In this document: positions 27,214 to 47,157 of the stretch, in pieces
Layout: every line of letters begins with the position of its first letter
How positions within the stretch are numbered: position 1 is the first letter of the stretch
Origin: the human T2T-CHM13v2.0 reference genome, Homo sapiens
Assembly: GCF_009914755.1 (NCBI RefSeq)
Contig: NC_060931.1
Length of the DNA stretch: 64,000 bases
Reading direction: 5' to 3' (one strand)
The notes under the pieces: generated by a model
Database searches by the model: none
What the model saw: only the letters and a program-made list of their open reading frames with translations
What the model was told of the DNA's origin: nothing
Position numbers and translations under genes: made by a program

Positions 27214-27809
27214 TGAGTAGCTGGGACTACAGGTGTATGCCACCATGCCTGGCTAATTTTTCTATTTTTTAGTAGAGACAAGGTTTTGCCATGTTGGCCA
27301 GGCTGGTATAAAACTTCTGACCTCAGGTAGATCCGCCTGTCTCAGCCTCCCAAAGTGCTGGGATTACAGGTGTGAGCCACCGCGCCCCACCTCTTGTTGT
27401 CTCTTTCAATGTATTGCACAAACCACGTCTCGTCCAACTCGATGTACTGCCAAATTAATTTGGCTCTAGTTCAGATGGTACTAGATGGTACCTATATCAG
27501 ATAATACAACAGAAGGTCCTGGCCCCTTTTGTGCAGGCTAAGCAAGGAAGGCTGCTCCCACAGTCAGGCCAGGGCCTGCAGTACTGGGCTGACTTGGTGG
27601 TGGACCAGGACAAGGATGGGGAGGCAGGGGACATGCTGCCCCGGCTGAGCTCCCAGCCCCACCACTGTCCCAAAGACAGTGCGGGACATTTACAAAGCAT
27701 CAGCTTGTTCTCCTCCTTGGTGAGCCAACCAGAAAAAACAGGAAGCCACTTCTGGAAAGAATCTCTTTTCCGATTCTTGCGGGAGGAGGGCTGGTGGTGG
27801 GGGTTCTAC

Positions 27810-27903
27810 CTTTTCCTGAGTTGCTCTCCATTGACTGGGACAGCCTCTTCACCCGTTTCTTTCCTCTCCGGACCTCATAAATGGCGTTGATTCGCAACAC
27901 CAG
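27810..27903 (-). CDS. DENND2A: Exon 7 (94 nt): LVLRINAIYEVRRGKKRVKRLSQSMESNSGK
   Basis: tggcag|CTG acceptor, AAG|gtagaa donor, phase 0 to 1. Confidence 0.95.
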
Positions 27904-29317
27904 CTGCCAGACACCAGGAGAAGAACAGCCAGTGTTAGCAGCCCACTCTCTGTGGCAGCTGGGCTTCCCTCACTGCCCCTCTCCTAGGATGATGGAGGGC
28001 CAGGGCCAGGGGGAGTGGGAGAAACTTCCCATGGGCTCATGGGTGTCTTTCAATCATTTTTTTTTTTATTTTTTTGAGGCAGAGTTTCGCTCTTGTCGAC
28101 CAGACTGGGGTGCAATGGCGCAATCTCAGCTCACTGCAGCCTCTAACTTCTGGGTTCAAGAGATTCTCCTGCTTCAGCCTCCTGAGTAGCTGGGATTACA
28201 GGTACCCACCATTATGCCCAGCTAATTTTTGTATTTTTAGTAGAGACAGGGTTTCACCACATTGGCCAGGCTGGTCTCGAACTCCTGACCTCAGGTGATC
28301 CACCCGCCTTGGCCTCCCAAAATGCTGGGATTACAGGCGCGAGCCACCGCACCCAGCCCAGTCATTTTTTTCTACCACACAGGAACGTGACTGTCAAGGA
28401 CACTAAAGGAGGCTGCCAGCTCCACTGCCCTATGGGCGTCTGTTGTCTGGATCTGCTCACGAGCAGCAGAGACCCATGGGGAGACAGCCCATTGCTCATG
28501 ATGCGATGGCTGCTTTCCCTCTGAGGCCTCGATGTCACTGCGGCTTGGGAAGGAGCTTTTCCTCCCAAAACAAAACAAGAAAAGGAAGAAACAGAAAAAA
28601 AAAGTTCCCAGGCAGGGCTCCCTTCATGGGAACCATTCCAAAGAATGTCAGAGCAGCCCTGAGTGGGGTGGGAAACGGGATCAGAACTGCTCCCGAGCCC
28701 TAGCTTGGGACTACGGGGAGTGGTGCCATGCACCCGAGCGTGCAGCCCCATCTGCAGAGGGACACGCTCCCCAGATGTCATGTACCCTCCATGTGTTCAC
28801 AGAACACACACATGCAGTGTGCAAGTGCACATGGATACCCTGGTGTGGGACACATCCCAAGCCTCCAAGCAGGCCACTCAGCCTATGTGGTCTCCCCCAT
28901 CACCACTGCCAGACGCCCTGTGCCCTGCCCCTCCCCACCTCCCAGGCCAGCCTAGTTGTCTGATGCATTTGAAAGGAGACCTGCTTCCATGGAAAATGTT
29001 TTTCATATTTCAGACCAAAAAAGTTTGGTGTTTCCTATGTATTTGTTTTCCCTCTTCTTGCGTGAGAAGCTGGTGAGTGCGAATTTATGTATTTTGCTTT
29101 GCTGGGTCCCCCAGGGCTTGCTATCAAAGAGTACACGCTCATGGCATATGTGATTCAGAATCCCACACGTGGAGGAACTCTAAAATTAGTTGTTCTGTGT
29201 GCTTACAAAATTAATCTTATTATCTCACAGCTATATGTTAAATGTTATATAACACTTTTATCTGTATAGGTCAGTAAACAAAAATATAGGACGGTAATCA
29301 ATTTCCATGTTCTATAA

Positions 29318-29503
<186 letters not shown>

Positions 29504-30705
29504 TAGTAGAGACGGGGGTTTCAACATGTTGGCCAGGCTGGTCTCGAACTTCTGACCTGAAGTGATCTGCCCACCTCAGCCTCCCAAAGTGCTGGGATTA
29601 CAGGCATGAGCCACCGTGTTGGCTTGAATATTTCAATTCTTATTTTCAATATTTAAACATTGTCTGGCCCTCTTTGCTTCTAGCTGGTTGGGTGTCTCTG
29701 GGCCATTTAGTTGGCTTCTATGGGGTCAAATGTCCTCATCGGGAAAATGAAGGGGTTGGAGTGTTTCAACAGTCACTTCTGTTGAAACACTCCAACTTTC
29801 TAACAGCCAAGTGTCCATGGACGGATAGATGGATTTACAAAATGTGGTATATACATACGATGGAATACCATTTAGTCTTAAAAAAGAAGAAAATGCTGAC
29901 ACATGCTTAAACCTTGAAGACACTAAGCAAAGTGAAATGTCATTCACAAAGGACGATTCTGTGTGATTCCACTTACCTGAGATATTTCCAACAGTCTAAC
30001 TTTCTAGGTTCTAGGATGACAGTTCTTAGCTGTCCTCAGACTTGCCAAGTCCTTTCATAACCTCTCCTAGTGCTGCCAAGGTGAGTCACTCAGTAGGCAC
30101 CACTACTTAAAGGTGCATTCCCTAAGTGGACTTCAGCAGAACCATCTCTCTCTCTCTCTCTCTCTGTCTCTCTTTTATTTTTAGAGGCAGCATCTCGCTC
30201 TGTCACTTAGGCTGGAGTGCAGTGGCATGATCATAGCTCACTGCAGCCTCTAACTCCTGGGCTCAAGTGATTCTCTCTCACCTCAGCCTCACATGTAGCT
30301 GGGACTACAAGTGCACACCACCATGCCTGGCTAATTTTAAATTTTTTTTGTAGAGATGGGGTTCCACCATGTTGCCCAGGCTGGTCTTGAACTCCTGGGC
30401 TAAAGTGATCCTCCTATCTTGGCCTCCCAAAGTGCTGGGATTACAGGTGTGAGCCACTGTGCCCAGCCTCCCTGGACTTTCTTTCAGGTCAATGGGTCAC
30501 TCAGAGAAGTCCCTTGAAAGCTACAGACAGTGTCCCACACCGAAACTTATCTGCATAAAGTTTTACATTTTTATGGGTTTCATGACCCCCTAAAGCCCAT
30601 CCATGAACTCTGAAATTAAGAATCCCTGCTCTCCAAGTTCCTGGCTGGGCACGGTGGCTCATGCCTGTAATCCCAGCACTTTGGGAGGCTGAGGCAGGCG
30701 GATCA

Positions 30706-31420
<715 letters not shown>

Positions 31421-31969
31421 GTACCAAATTGGTCAATGAAGAGAGACCAGAACTGCAGCACTGAAATTGAGCAAAAGGAAATGTAACCAACAACGGATGC
31501 ATATAGAATGTGTATTTCCAAGCCCCTGGGAATATTTTACCTTTTTGGCTGCAAAGAGCCACAAGAGGTATTGTTGACAAGGCTGTCTCAGAGCACAGAC
31601 TGGGACCTGCCTCTGCAGCGGGTGTCGACCGTCTCAGGTCAGAGCATGATGGATGGAGTTCTGTTTTTTGTGGCGGTGAAGGAAGGAGCTGTGGCTTTTT
31701 GAGGATAGGCATTAAAACCTTGTCTGGGATTAGACAAGCAGCTAAGATTGGGAGAAGAGTGGCTAAGAGGAAGACCACAGGACCACAAAAATGATCAGGA
31801 CGAAGGTCCGGATATTCCAGCCTGCTGGCTTCACTGTGTCCCCCTGGCCTGCAGCAACACAGGTGGGAGAGGGGCCAGTGATGTATTCTCCACCCAGACC
31901 CCTCTGCAGTCTTCTTTCACAGAGAAGGGGTCATGCATACCTGAGCATGAAGCTTGTTGCCACCATTAC

Positions 31970-32170
31970 CTTGGGTATCTTTCTCTTCTTCCTGCCGTTC
32001 TGTGGGTCTCCAAGGTTAAAGAAAATGTCATCAGGGCTGCTGGGAGTGGAGGGAGGGCTGATTTTGGAAGGGGACCCAGTTCCATCCCGACTCAGCTTCC
32101 TAGTGTCCAGCAGCTTGAAGTTCCTCCTCTCTGAATTTTGTCGGAAAAAAGCAGGTTTGGACAATGACTG
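31970..32170 (-). CDS. DENND2A: Exon 6 (201 nt): QSLSKPAFFRQNSE...RKIPK
   Basis: ccttcacag|CAG acceptor, AAG|gtaatg donor, phase 0 to 0. Confidence 0.95.
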
Positions 32171-32860
32171 CTGTGAAGGAAAAGGAGAAAAGAAGAGTAA
32201 ATGAATTCAAAGGAGACTGACCGGGGGATAACTGGTGGTGCCAGGGACGAGACAATGAAATTGAGAAGAGGAACTGGTCTATGTTCCCAGGTTAGGTGGA
32301 GTTTGGTTATGCCAGTAAGTGTTCAATGAATACATATCATCCAATTACCAAAACTGTGTGTGATGAGCGATGTAAATCTAATTCAGTTTCTTTTTTTTGA
32401 GATGGAATCTTACTCTGTCACCCGGGCTGGAGTGGAGTGGCGCGATCTCTGTTCACTGTGACCTCCGCCTCCTGGGTTCAAGCAAGTCTCCTCCCTGAGC
32501 CTCTCGAGTAGCTGGGACTGCAAGCACACACTGCCACGCCCAGCTAATTTTTCGTATTTTAGTAGAGACGAGGTTTCACCGTGTTGCCCAGGCTGGTCTC
32601 GAACTCTTAAGCTCAGGCAATCCGCCTGCCTCAGCCTCCCAAAGTGCTAGGATTACAGGCATGAGCCACCGCACCTGGCCCGGTTTCTCTTTTTAGACAA
32701 GTGCGAGGTCACCTGCCTCAATCCCAAGACGTTACAGCTGAGGCTTTCTGACAACCCAAGACACATGGACTAGGGGTTACAAGGCCTAAGCCTCACTTTG
32801 GCCTTGCTGCAGGATTGCTGAGTGCCTTTTATACAAGGAATTGTGTTTCTTTGGCCCTCA

Positions 32861-33223
<363 letters not shown>

Positions 33224-33249
33224 CTAAAAAAATTTAGAACCCATAGACG

Positions 33250-33963
<714 letters not shown>

Positions 33964-35531
33964 CTATTAAAAATACAAAAATTAGCCTGACGTGGTGGCA
34001 TGCACCTGTAGTCTCAGCTACTGGGGAGGCTGAGACAGGATAATTGCTTGAAGCCAGGAGGTAGAGGTTGCAGTGAGCCGAGATCACACAACTGCACCCC
34101 TGCCTAGGCAACAGAGCAAGACTCTATCTCAAAAAAAAAAAAAATAAATAAACAAAAAACTTAATGTACTGATATGGAAGGTTCTTTCAGATATATATAT
34201 ATATATAATTATTTTTACATCATTGACATTTTTTCATACTTCAATGCGCCAACTGTATTTTTCTTTAGTGTATTTTTTATGTTCTTTGTTTATCTTTTAG
34301 GATTCTAATGTTTTTACTATTTTCAATGAGCTCTACATAGAACAGATATTAACTATTTGTCAGGTTTGCTGTAAGTGTGCTTTTCCCATGTGATTTACTT
34401 GTATTTTTATTTTAGTTATAATAACTTTTTATATGAAAATGTGTTAATCTTTTCTTTTGTAATTCATTTAATCTCTTCTTTCTTTGCCTAAAAAAACTAT
34501 CTCCTTTTAGATGTTCAATAAATATTCAATTCCATTTTCTTCCAGATTTTCTTGGTTTTGTACACATTTTATTTATTATTCCATCGGTAATTTATTTTGT
34601 GATATGTTCATCTAAACCATTTTCCCCCAAAATAACTTATCCTTGTTCTATTTAATGAAAGAGCTTTTCTTTATCAACTTATGAGGCCACATTTATCCTA
34701 TCTTAAACTCTCACAGAATAGGCATATTTTGCTCCATTGATTTCTCCATTCGCTATTTGCTTAGTTCCAAATAGTAAGTAGCAATAACTTCAGAATCTTT
34801 TCTTTTTAAAAAGATTTCCAAAAATAAAGACTCCTAGTTTCCTAAGTGGCCAGCTCCAATGTTTTATCACAGGTCTCCAAGGAGCAATAAATTGCTTAGT
34901 GCCATAAACTTTCAGTAGAGGAAGAGCTGACCTGGATTGGGCACCATAAGAGCACAAAAAGAAGGAAGAGGGGCAAGCCTTCTTCGAGGCCAAATTCCAT
35001 CTACAATAAAATCCAAGGAAATGCTCCTACCATTGCACTGGAATCTCCTGTCAAACTGTTGGGAAAACGTAGGTTCTGCTTTTGTTAGAGATGTAGATTG
35101 TGATGGTGTTCATTCAAAGGAGATATGACCTATGAAAAGGTCAGAGAAGAAAGAAACCAGAGAAGGAATGGAAACACAACACACAGCTTTCTGAAGAATG
35201 TGTGGGCTGCATCTCTGAGTGGTCACCCTGCTGGAGAAAGGGGATCCTGATGTGTTCCAGGGCACCCCAAATAAGCCACCAAATGTTCAGGGAGCTTTCA
35301 TGATGCGGTGGGATTTCAGTAGATATTTATTTGATAGAATGGGAAGACTTAGCTGTGGGGGAGAGTATTAGCAATGACACAGTACTATCTGAGAATAGTG
35401 GTGAGGGAGAGTAAATTAGATCAAAAGAGTCTTCAAGCCTTAGAGTAAGCACAGTGAAACAGATGGAAGAGATGATACAGCAATGAAGACATCTAATTGT
35501 CTATTGAAGGCCTTTGAAAGTGAGGATATGA

Positions 35532-36035
<504 letters not shown>

Positions 36036-36930
36036 TTGCTTGTCACACCCAGAACTATGGCATAAAAGGGAAGTCACTCTAGGATCCTAAGAACGATGTG
36101 TCAGACTGTGGTCCAGAGAAGATTCTAGCTTTTGATCAGAGGACCTTACACCAACATGTATGGCACCTAAATCCCATTGTGTCCCTCTGGAGTAACCTCA
36201 GGGGCTTAGCTCTGCTGAGAGGCTCCTAGACAACCCTAATTGTATAGATCTCCGACTCATGATGGCACAGCAAAAGATCTGTAGTGTCCAAAAGGGAAAA
36301 GAGACAAGAACCCTGATGGTCTGAGGTCCAACCTCCCTGCTGAAGCCTCTTCAGTTGTTTCAGGAGAGTGGCCAGGGGACATCCTGGGCGGGGTGGGGGG
36401 TGCAGTGGCAAGGAAGCTGTGTGCCCCATCAGAGGGGGCCAAGCTGGATTCGAGCCCAGGTTCATTAACCCTTCTTGTCTGTGAACGGTGGCTGGTGGCT
36501 CAATTCCTTCCAGTCCTCTACTGCCCCTGACTTTACTGCCTCAGGAGACTCTGCCTGTGGGAGACTACAGGGATCCTTGATATAAACTATCCCCATCCCC
36601 CTCACCCATCTCAACATCATTCCTACTCTTAGGAGACCTCCTGTGCTGTCTGTCATTCACACAAACATACATATTTGCTCATATGTGCCTGTAGGTACAC
36701 ACATTCTTGCATGAAAAAAGAGACACTTCTCTAAATATATATACAGAGAAAGGCATACAAGGGCCAGGTGCAGTGGCTCACGCCTGTAATCCCAGCACTT
36801 TGGGAGGCTGAGGCGGGTGGATCACTTGAGGTTAGGAGTTCGAGACCAGCCTGGCCAACACGGCGAAACCCCGTCTCTACTAAAAATACAAAAATTAGCT
36901 GGGTGTGGTAGTGGGCACCTGCGCTACTCA

Positions 36931-37062
<132 letters not shown>

Positions 37063-37239
37063 TTACAAGGGCATTCTAACAATGGGGACTAATGACATTC
37101 TATGAAGATAATGGGATACCTTGCAGGCAATAAAAACTGTTTCTAAAAATAAATTAGGCTAGATGCGGTGGCTCATGGCCTGGAGCGGTGGCTCATGCCT
37201 GTAATTCCAGCACTTTGGGAGGCCACGTTGGGCGGATCA

Positions 37240-38109
<870 letters not shown>

Positions 38110-38450
38110 TGATGAAACCCCGTCTCTACTAAAAATACAAAAAAATTAGCTGGGCATGGTGGTGGACGCCCATAGTCCCAGCTACTTGGGAAACTGAGAC
38201 AGAGGTTGCAGTGAGCTGAGATCATGCCACTGCACTCCAGCCTGGGCAACAAGAGGGAAACTCCATCTCAAAAAAAAATGTAAATCTATTACAGAAATAT
38301 TAGAAAATAGAGGCATAAAGAAAAGTAAAATTCCCCAATTGTGGACGAGTTTTTTTCTTCATTAAACTTTGCAGTAATTGAAACACTTATTCTTTATCAT
38401 GTAACCAGAAAAACTTTACAATTACAATGTTTTCAGAAAAAAAAGAAAGG

Positions 38451-38512
38451 CATGTATGTATGCATGTATGTATGCATGTATGCATGTATGCATGTATGCA
38501 TGTATGTATGTA
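38451..38512. repeat. (ATGY)n tetranucleotide repeat
   Basis: catgtatgtatgcatgtatg... Confidence 0.9.
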
Positions 38513-39132
38513 TTTATTTATTTTTGGAGACAGGCTCTCACTCTGGAGAGCTGTGGCACAAAAATAGCTCACTGCAGCCTTGGACTCCTGGGTTCAAGTG
38601 AATCTCCCATGTCAGCCTCCCGAGTAGTTAGGACTACAGGCATGCACCACCATGCCTATCTAATTTTTAAATTTTTTATAGAGATGGGGTCTTACTATGT
38701 TGACCAGGCTGGTCTTGAATGCCTGGCCTCAAGCAATCCTCCCACCTTGGCTTCCCAAAGTGCTAGGATTACAGGCATGGACCACTGCACCCAGCCTGTT
38801 ATTTTACTATTATTATTATTTATTTATTTTTGAGATGGAGTCTCATTCTGTTGCCCAGGCTGGAGTGTAGTGGTGCAATCTCAGCTCACTGAAACCTCCG
38901 CCTCCCAGGTTCAAGAGATTCTCCTGCCTCAGCCTCCCAAGTAGCTGGGACTACAGGCGAGTGCCACTACACCTGGCTAATTTTTGCATTTTTAGTAGAG
39001 ACGGGGTTTCACCATGTTGGCCAGGCTGATCTCGAACTCCTGACCTCAGGTGATCTGCCCACCTTGGCCTCCCAAAGTGCTGGGATTACAGGTGTGAGCC
39101 ACTGTGCCCGGCCACCCAGCTTGTTATTTTTA

Positions 39133-39324
<192 letters not shown>

Positions 39325-41281
39325 TCAGCTAGTCAGAGGGTGGGGCATGAGAATCACTTGAACCCAGGAGGTGGAGGTTGCAGTGAGCCAAGATTGAGCC
39401 ACTGCACTCCAGCCTGGCTGACAGAGCAAGATTCTGTCTCAAAAGAAAAGAAAAGAAACGGTGGGTGATGCGTAGCAAGAAAAGAAAACAGTCCCTTTCA
39501 GGAGCTTGCAGTTTGCGTTCAGCAGCAGCAGCATCTGCCCGCAGCTACACATTGGTCCTTTCTGAGGAGAGCCTATCCAACAGGCCCTTCCCTCTCGAAT
39601 GGAAATTCTAGTGACCCGAATAACTAGCTGTGGCCTAATGAAATGAACATCCCAAAGATGGCTGAGGATCTCTCCGCAGCTGGTGGGGGAGGTCACATGG
39701 AGGGACTGCTCCTGCAAGCTTTAGGGTCCCAGATGCAGCCCAGATGCGGTAGATACTCCATGAATATTTGATGAGCTAATGGAGGAAGTGGTGAAGTCTC
39801 CAGCTGTCCCCTAGAACAGGGCACACAGCAGACACCCAGATGTGGATGAGCAGAATAATGAGCACGGACACCGTGTCCCGCTGAGGGCTTGCAAGGATCC
39901 GTGGCAATCAGACACGTGCTCTGGACAACTGGATTCTCTTTGTTCAGGACAGCTACAGATACAGATACAGCTGGACGTTAAGTTCTTGTTGACATTCTCA
40001 CCTACTGGGCTTAGCTGCTTTGGTGGCAGAGGCTCTAGGTTTTCTCCAGCCCAGCAGTGACAAGAAGAAAAGGGTTGGTAAGCCTTTATTTCCTGGTATC
40101 AGGGAGGAGCGTTCTGCCCTGAATGCAGAGCTGCCTTGGGCAGATGTTTTTTTTTTTTTTGAGACAGAGTTTCACTCTTTTACCCAGGCTGGAGTGAAGT
40201 GGCATGATCTTGGCTTACTGCAACCTCTGCCCCCCAGGTTCAAGTGATTCTCCTGCCTCTGCCTCCCGAGTAGCTGGGATTACAGGCACCCGCCACCACA
40301 CCTGGCTAATTTTTGTATTTTTAGTAGAGATGGGGTTTCGCCATGTTGGCCAGGCTGGTCTCAAACTCCTGACCTCAGGTGATCCACCCGCCTTGGCCTC
40401 CCAAAGTGCTAGGATTACAGGCAGGAGCCACCGCGCTTGGCCTGGGCAGATGTTTTTCATTGTTCCTCAGGGGTGAGGCAGTTCACTCCCCGCATGAAGT
40501 GGGGAGCCAGGTAGGACCCAGAGGGGACAGACCAGGTGTGACAGCTTGCTTTCTTCTTCTAAGTCAGGCTTCTCTGCCATGGGAAATGAAGGATTTCCTA
40601 AATGTTGAAGACATCCCTATTCCAATGAAAACACCAACAACACATTTCCAAGGCAAGCAGAGAGCATTTGCTAATTGTCAGTTGCCATGGATTATTCTTG
40701 ATGACACCCTTTTCCATATGAGAAGAGAAATGACAGTTAACTGGTGCAGGCAAGTATTGTAGCAATTTATCTGGGTCTGTAAGATCCATCCTTTGGGATA
40801 GGTTGTTCCCTCACCTCTTCCAGAAGCCTGGTGGCAGGCAGCATCCCTTTATGGCCATCAAGCACAGGAGACAGGCTTCAGGTGGAGACAGCCCCACCTG
40901 CCAGCGATGCTGACCCTGTGGGGCTGGGACAGGAAGACCACTGCTTTTCCTAGGCTGGAAACAGAGCCTTGCCATGAGATTTAAGTTGACCTTTGCAGCT
41001 GGTACTTGGCCTTCCTTAATTTCTTCCACTAAATATTGTAGAACTGTTAGGCCTTCCAGGAAAACCAAAGAAATAGAATATATACATTTTTCTTTCTTTC
41101 TTTCTTTTAACTTAGGTTTAGAATATATACCTTTTGACCTTGAGGAATTTATAATCTAGTTGGGGAGATGTTTTTAAGATATATTAAGGCTGGGCATGGT
41201 GGCTCACGCCTGTAATCTCAACACTTTGGGAGGCTGAGGCGGGTAGATCATGAGGTCAGGAGATCGAGACCATCCTGGCTA

Positions 41282-41449
<168 letters not shown>

Positions 41450-41684
41450 TCACTCCAGCCTGGGCGACAGTACGAGACTCTGTCTCAAACAAACAAACAA
41501 ACAAGCAAACAAAAATAACAAAAAAAGAAATGGTTTAACTGAGTGTTACAGATAATCAGAGAGAAAGAAGTCCCAGGGATTGGGATGGCTGGAGACGCTT
41601 CTTAAAGGACGCATGATTGAACTGGGCCTCAGAGGATGGGGAGAGGTCCCGGTAAGAGCCAAGGGCAGAGTTAAAAATGACCTC

Positions 41685-42595
<911 letters not shown>

Positions 42596-43766
42596 TGCGC
42601 ATGTCCCAGGCCTGCATCAGAGGGGTAGTTGGTAGGCTCTGGATGGAAGGGGCATTTGTATGTAGGATCTATGGGAGATTAGGGGTAATGGGTGCCAAGA
42701 TATCTGTTACAAATGCTAGTCCTGCAGGCAATGGGTTGAAATTACCATCTATATCAATAAGGTTATATTATCTATGTGCATATGGTATGTAACTCCAGAA
42801 AGTTCAAAAGGATATTCTGTAAAAAGAAGGTCAGCCTTCCCCCTGCCCTCTGGGCATTCAGACAGGACAACTCCTCTGAGGTCCTCAGTTACTCATGCTT
42901 GGGTATCCGCACAGAGATTTTTTTTTCACCTCCAACATTGGGGATGGAGATATTCTTACACATACATGTGTAAGTTTACATATATGTATATTCTTTCATC
43001 TTTATATATATGCATGTTATTTCATTTAAAAAAACCCACATATAGACATGTGCGAGTTTACATGTATGTATATTCTTTCATTAAAAAACCCACAGGCTGG
43101 GTGCGGTGGCTCATGCCTGTAATCCCAGCACTTTGGGAGGCCAAGGCAGCTGGATCACTTGAGCCTAGGAGTTCAAGATTAGCATGGCCAACATGGTGAA
43201 ACCCCGTCTCTACAAAAAATACAAAAATTAGCTGGGCTGGTGGCGTGTGCCTGTAATCCCAGGTACTTAGAAGGCTGAGGTGGGAGGATTGACTGAGTCC
43301 AGGAGTTCAAGGCTGCAGTGCGCCGTGATTGCACCACTGCACTCCTGCCTGGGTGACAGAGCGACAACACCCTGACTCAATTAAATCAACAACAACAACC
43401 CACAAATGGCAAAATACTTTAAAACTACTGTTCTACATCATGCCTTTCCGTCTTGTATCTTAGAGTATGCTCTATGTTAAGACATTCTTAACAGTTGTAT
43501 GGGACGGATGTACCATCTTTTATTTACCCAGTTTGAGGAGGTTTCTGAGCCAGAATCTCAATCGTATTTTAGGAAGCTTTTTTGAGCAGAGGGGCTCCAA
43601 GAGAACTAGAGGGAGGAAGACCAGTCAGCCAGCGTTGTACAAATCCAGGAGCCCGGCAGGGCAGGTGGAGGTGGCCTGGAATTCCAGTGCTGGCCGGAAC
43701 TCCAGAGTGCTCAAGGCCACCATGCTTTGGCCCCCTCTCCTGCCACCATTCCCAGGGGACTCATAC

Positions 43767-43888
43767 CTTGGTGAGTGTGTCAGGGATGGAAGAGGTGGGA
43801 GAAGCAGGAAAATTCAAGACACACTTCTTTCCCAGGCAGCGACCATGTAACTCGATGTCCTCATAAGGGTTCTCCTTCATTGGCGGAT
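43767..43888 (-). CDS. DENND2A: Exon 5 (122 nt): DPPMKENPYEDIEL...PDTLTK
   Basis: acacag|ATCC acceptor, AAG|gtatga donor, phase 1 to 0; not in ORF track, translated by hand. Confidence 0.93.
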
Positions 43889-44009
43889 CTGTGTTCAAAG
43901 GCAATGTGTCAGGAACCTGGGAACACTGAGGACATTTCCCTTTTCAAAACACTGAGGTCAGTATCTTGGCCTCTCCTGTGTCCATTCTTGTAGGCATATC
44001 TGCTGTTTT

Positions 44010-44873
<864 letters not shown>

Positions 44874-45349
44874 TTAGATCTGGGAATCCCGCTGCTTTGG
44901 CAGGAGCCCATCTCCAGCAGCCTGGACACAGATGCAATTCCAATTGCTTAGCTAAGCATCTGCCTTCCTCAAATTTTCTATTTCCTCCTTCTGTAAGTTT
45001 TTTCTAGTATTGATGATTACATGCCAGCATGTCTGCATATATCCACCCTACCTGCCCCTCACCAGCACACACATATGGGTTTCTCCCTTTTATCAGCTTG
45101 TTTCTTCCCCCACCTTTCACCCGCACCGTAAGCAGTTGGAGCTCGCCCTTCACTAAAACCATCAACCTCCCTGAAGATGACTGAACTCACCAAACTCTGA
45201 ATCTGAGACCCACTCTGAAATCTCAGAGGACGCTTTAGAGCCAAAGTTACTTTTTAAATCACATTTAGTCTGTGTTCTGATGCCCTGTTAGTGCCACACT
45301 CTGACAGTTTCTGAAGGAGGCTCTGTTGTGTAGTGTTTTCTTTCATTCA

Positions 45350-45570
45350 GTAATCCCTGCAGTTGACTGAGCATCTGTCATATGTGAGGTAGTTGACACA
45401 ACATTCTCTCCAGTCCTTAACCTTGCAAGGGAGCTAGCTTCATCCTCATTATGCAGATGGGAGAACTCAGTTCAGAGACGTGAAGTCACTGGCTCAATGT
45501 CCTGCGGCCAACAGGCAGCAGAACCAAGATGTGGTTCTGGATCTTCAGACTCCAGGCCCCACGCTTCTCG
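45350..45570 (-). mobile_element. MIR
   Basis: cagatgggagaactcagttcagagacgtgaagtcact. Confidence 0.6.
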
Positions 45571-45830
45571 CTATGCCACGCTGCCACACTGCCTCCTTGG
45601 CCACTCATTACCAGCTAGTCTTCCCCCTCCAGCCCTAGGGTCTGTCATATATCCCACAAGGCTCACTCTCCCACCCCACCTGCCTGCTTTTTCATCCGAG
45701 TGCACAGGTGTCTTCAAGTGTGTGTGTGTGTACATGTGTGTGCACGTGTGTTTCCAGCAGCCAGCCCCATTCTCCCTCCCCTTTCTCCCAGACAGACTCA
45801 GATCCGCACACAGACGCTGTGGCTTCTTAC

Positions 45831-45958
45831 CTAGAATGTCTTCATAGACGTTCTCCTCCGATAAAGTGCGTGTCAGCCCCAGCTTAGTCTGCGCGTACCA
45901 GTCCACCCTGCTGCTCTCAGAGGAAGACTGCAGTAAATCTTCAAACTCATAGGACTTT
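45831..45958 (-). CDS. DENND2A: Exon 4 (128 nt): KSYEFEDLLQ...ENVYEDIL
   Basis: ttccag|AAAG acceptor, TAG|gtaaga donor, phase 2 to 1. Confidence 0.95.
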
Positions 45959-46701
45959 CTGGAATGTGCCAGATGGGAGGAAAAAACAAAGAATTTGAAT
46001 CAAATTAGGCTGTTTCAGAGAATATATTAATATATCCCCTCGGCCAAATTTTCTTTTTCTTAGAAAAATTGTTACCGAAATCAACTTTTATTTTATTTCA
46101 TTTTTTGAGACAAAGTCTTGCTCCGTTGCCCAGGCTGGAGGGCAGCGGCGCCATCTTGGCTCACTGCAACCTGCGCTTCCTGGGTTCAAGCAATTCTTCT
46201 GCCTCAGCCTCCAGAGAAGCTGGGACTATAGGCATGCACCACCATGCCTGGCTAGTTTTTGTATTTTTAGTAGAGACAAAGTTTCACTGTGTTGGCCAGG
46301 CTGGTCTCGAACTCCTGACCTCAGGTGATCTGCCTGTCTTGGCCTCCAAAAGTGCTGGGATTATACACTGTGCCCGGCCTGAAATCAACTTCTGTTATTG
46401 TAAAAGGTGTGAAAATCCATGAATAAGAGATGTGGCTTTTATGTGCAAGAATGTTCATGCTATTATGCTAAGTGAAAATAATAAAGTATATGTAAAAAAA
46501 TAAAATCCCAACTTTGTAAACAAACATAGACGTAGAAAATAGAAAAGGGGGCCGGGAGCAGTGGCTCACTAGTATAGACAGGGACTGTCTATACTATTTT
46601 ACAAATCAGGACACGAAGTTTCAGCCCATTTATGTAGTTCATCCAAGTCTAAAAGGCTTGTGACTAAGGATATGGAACAGTCCTTATTATAGTACAGATA
46701 G

Positions 46702-47157
<456 letters not shown>

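Noticed and set aside
38451-38512. Array of TGCATG (RBFOX) motifs
   Set aside because: Present only on the plus strand; the DENND2A transcript reads TGCATA
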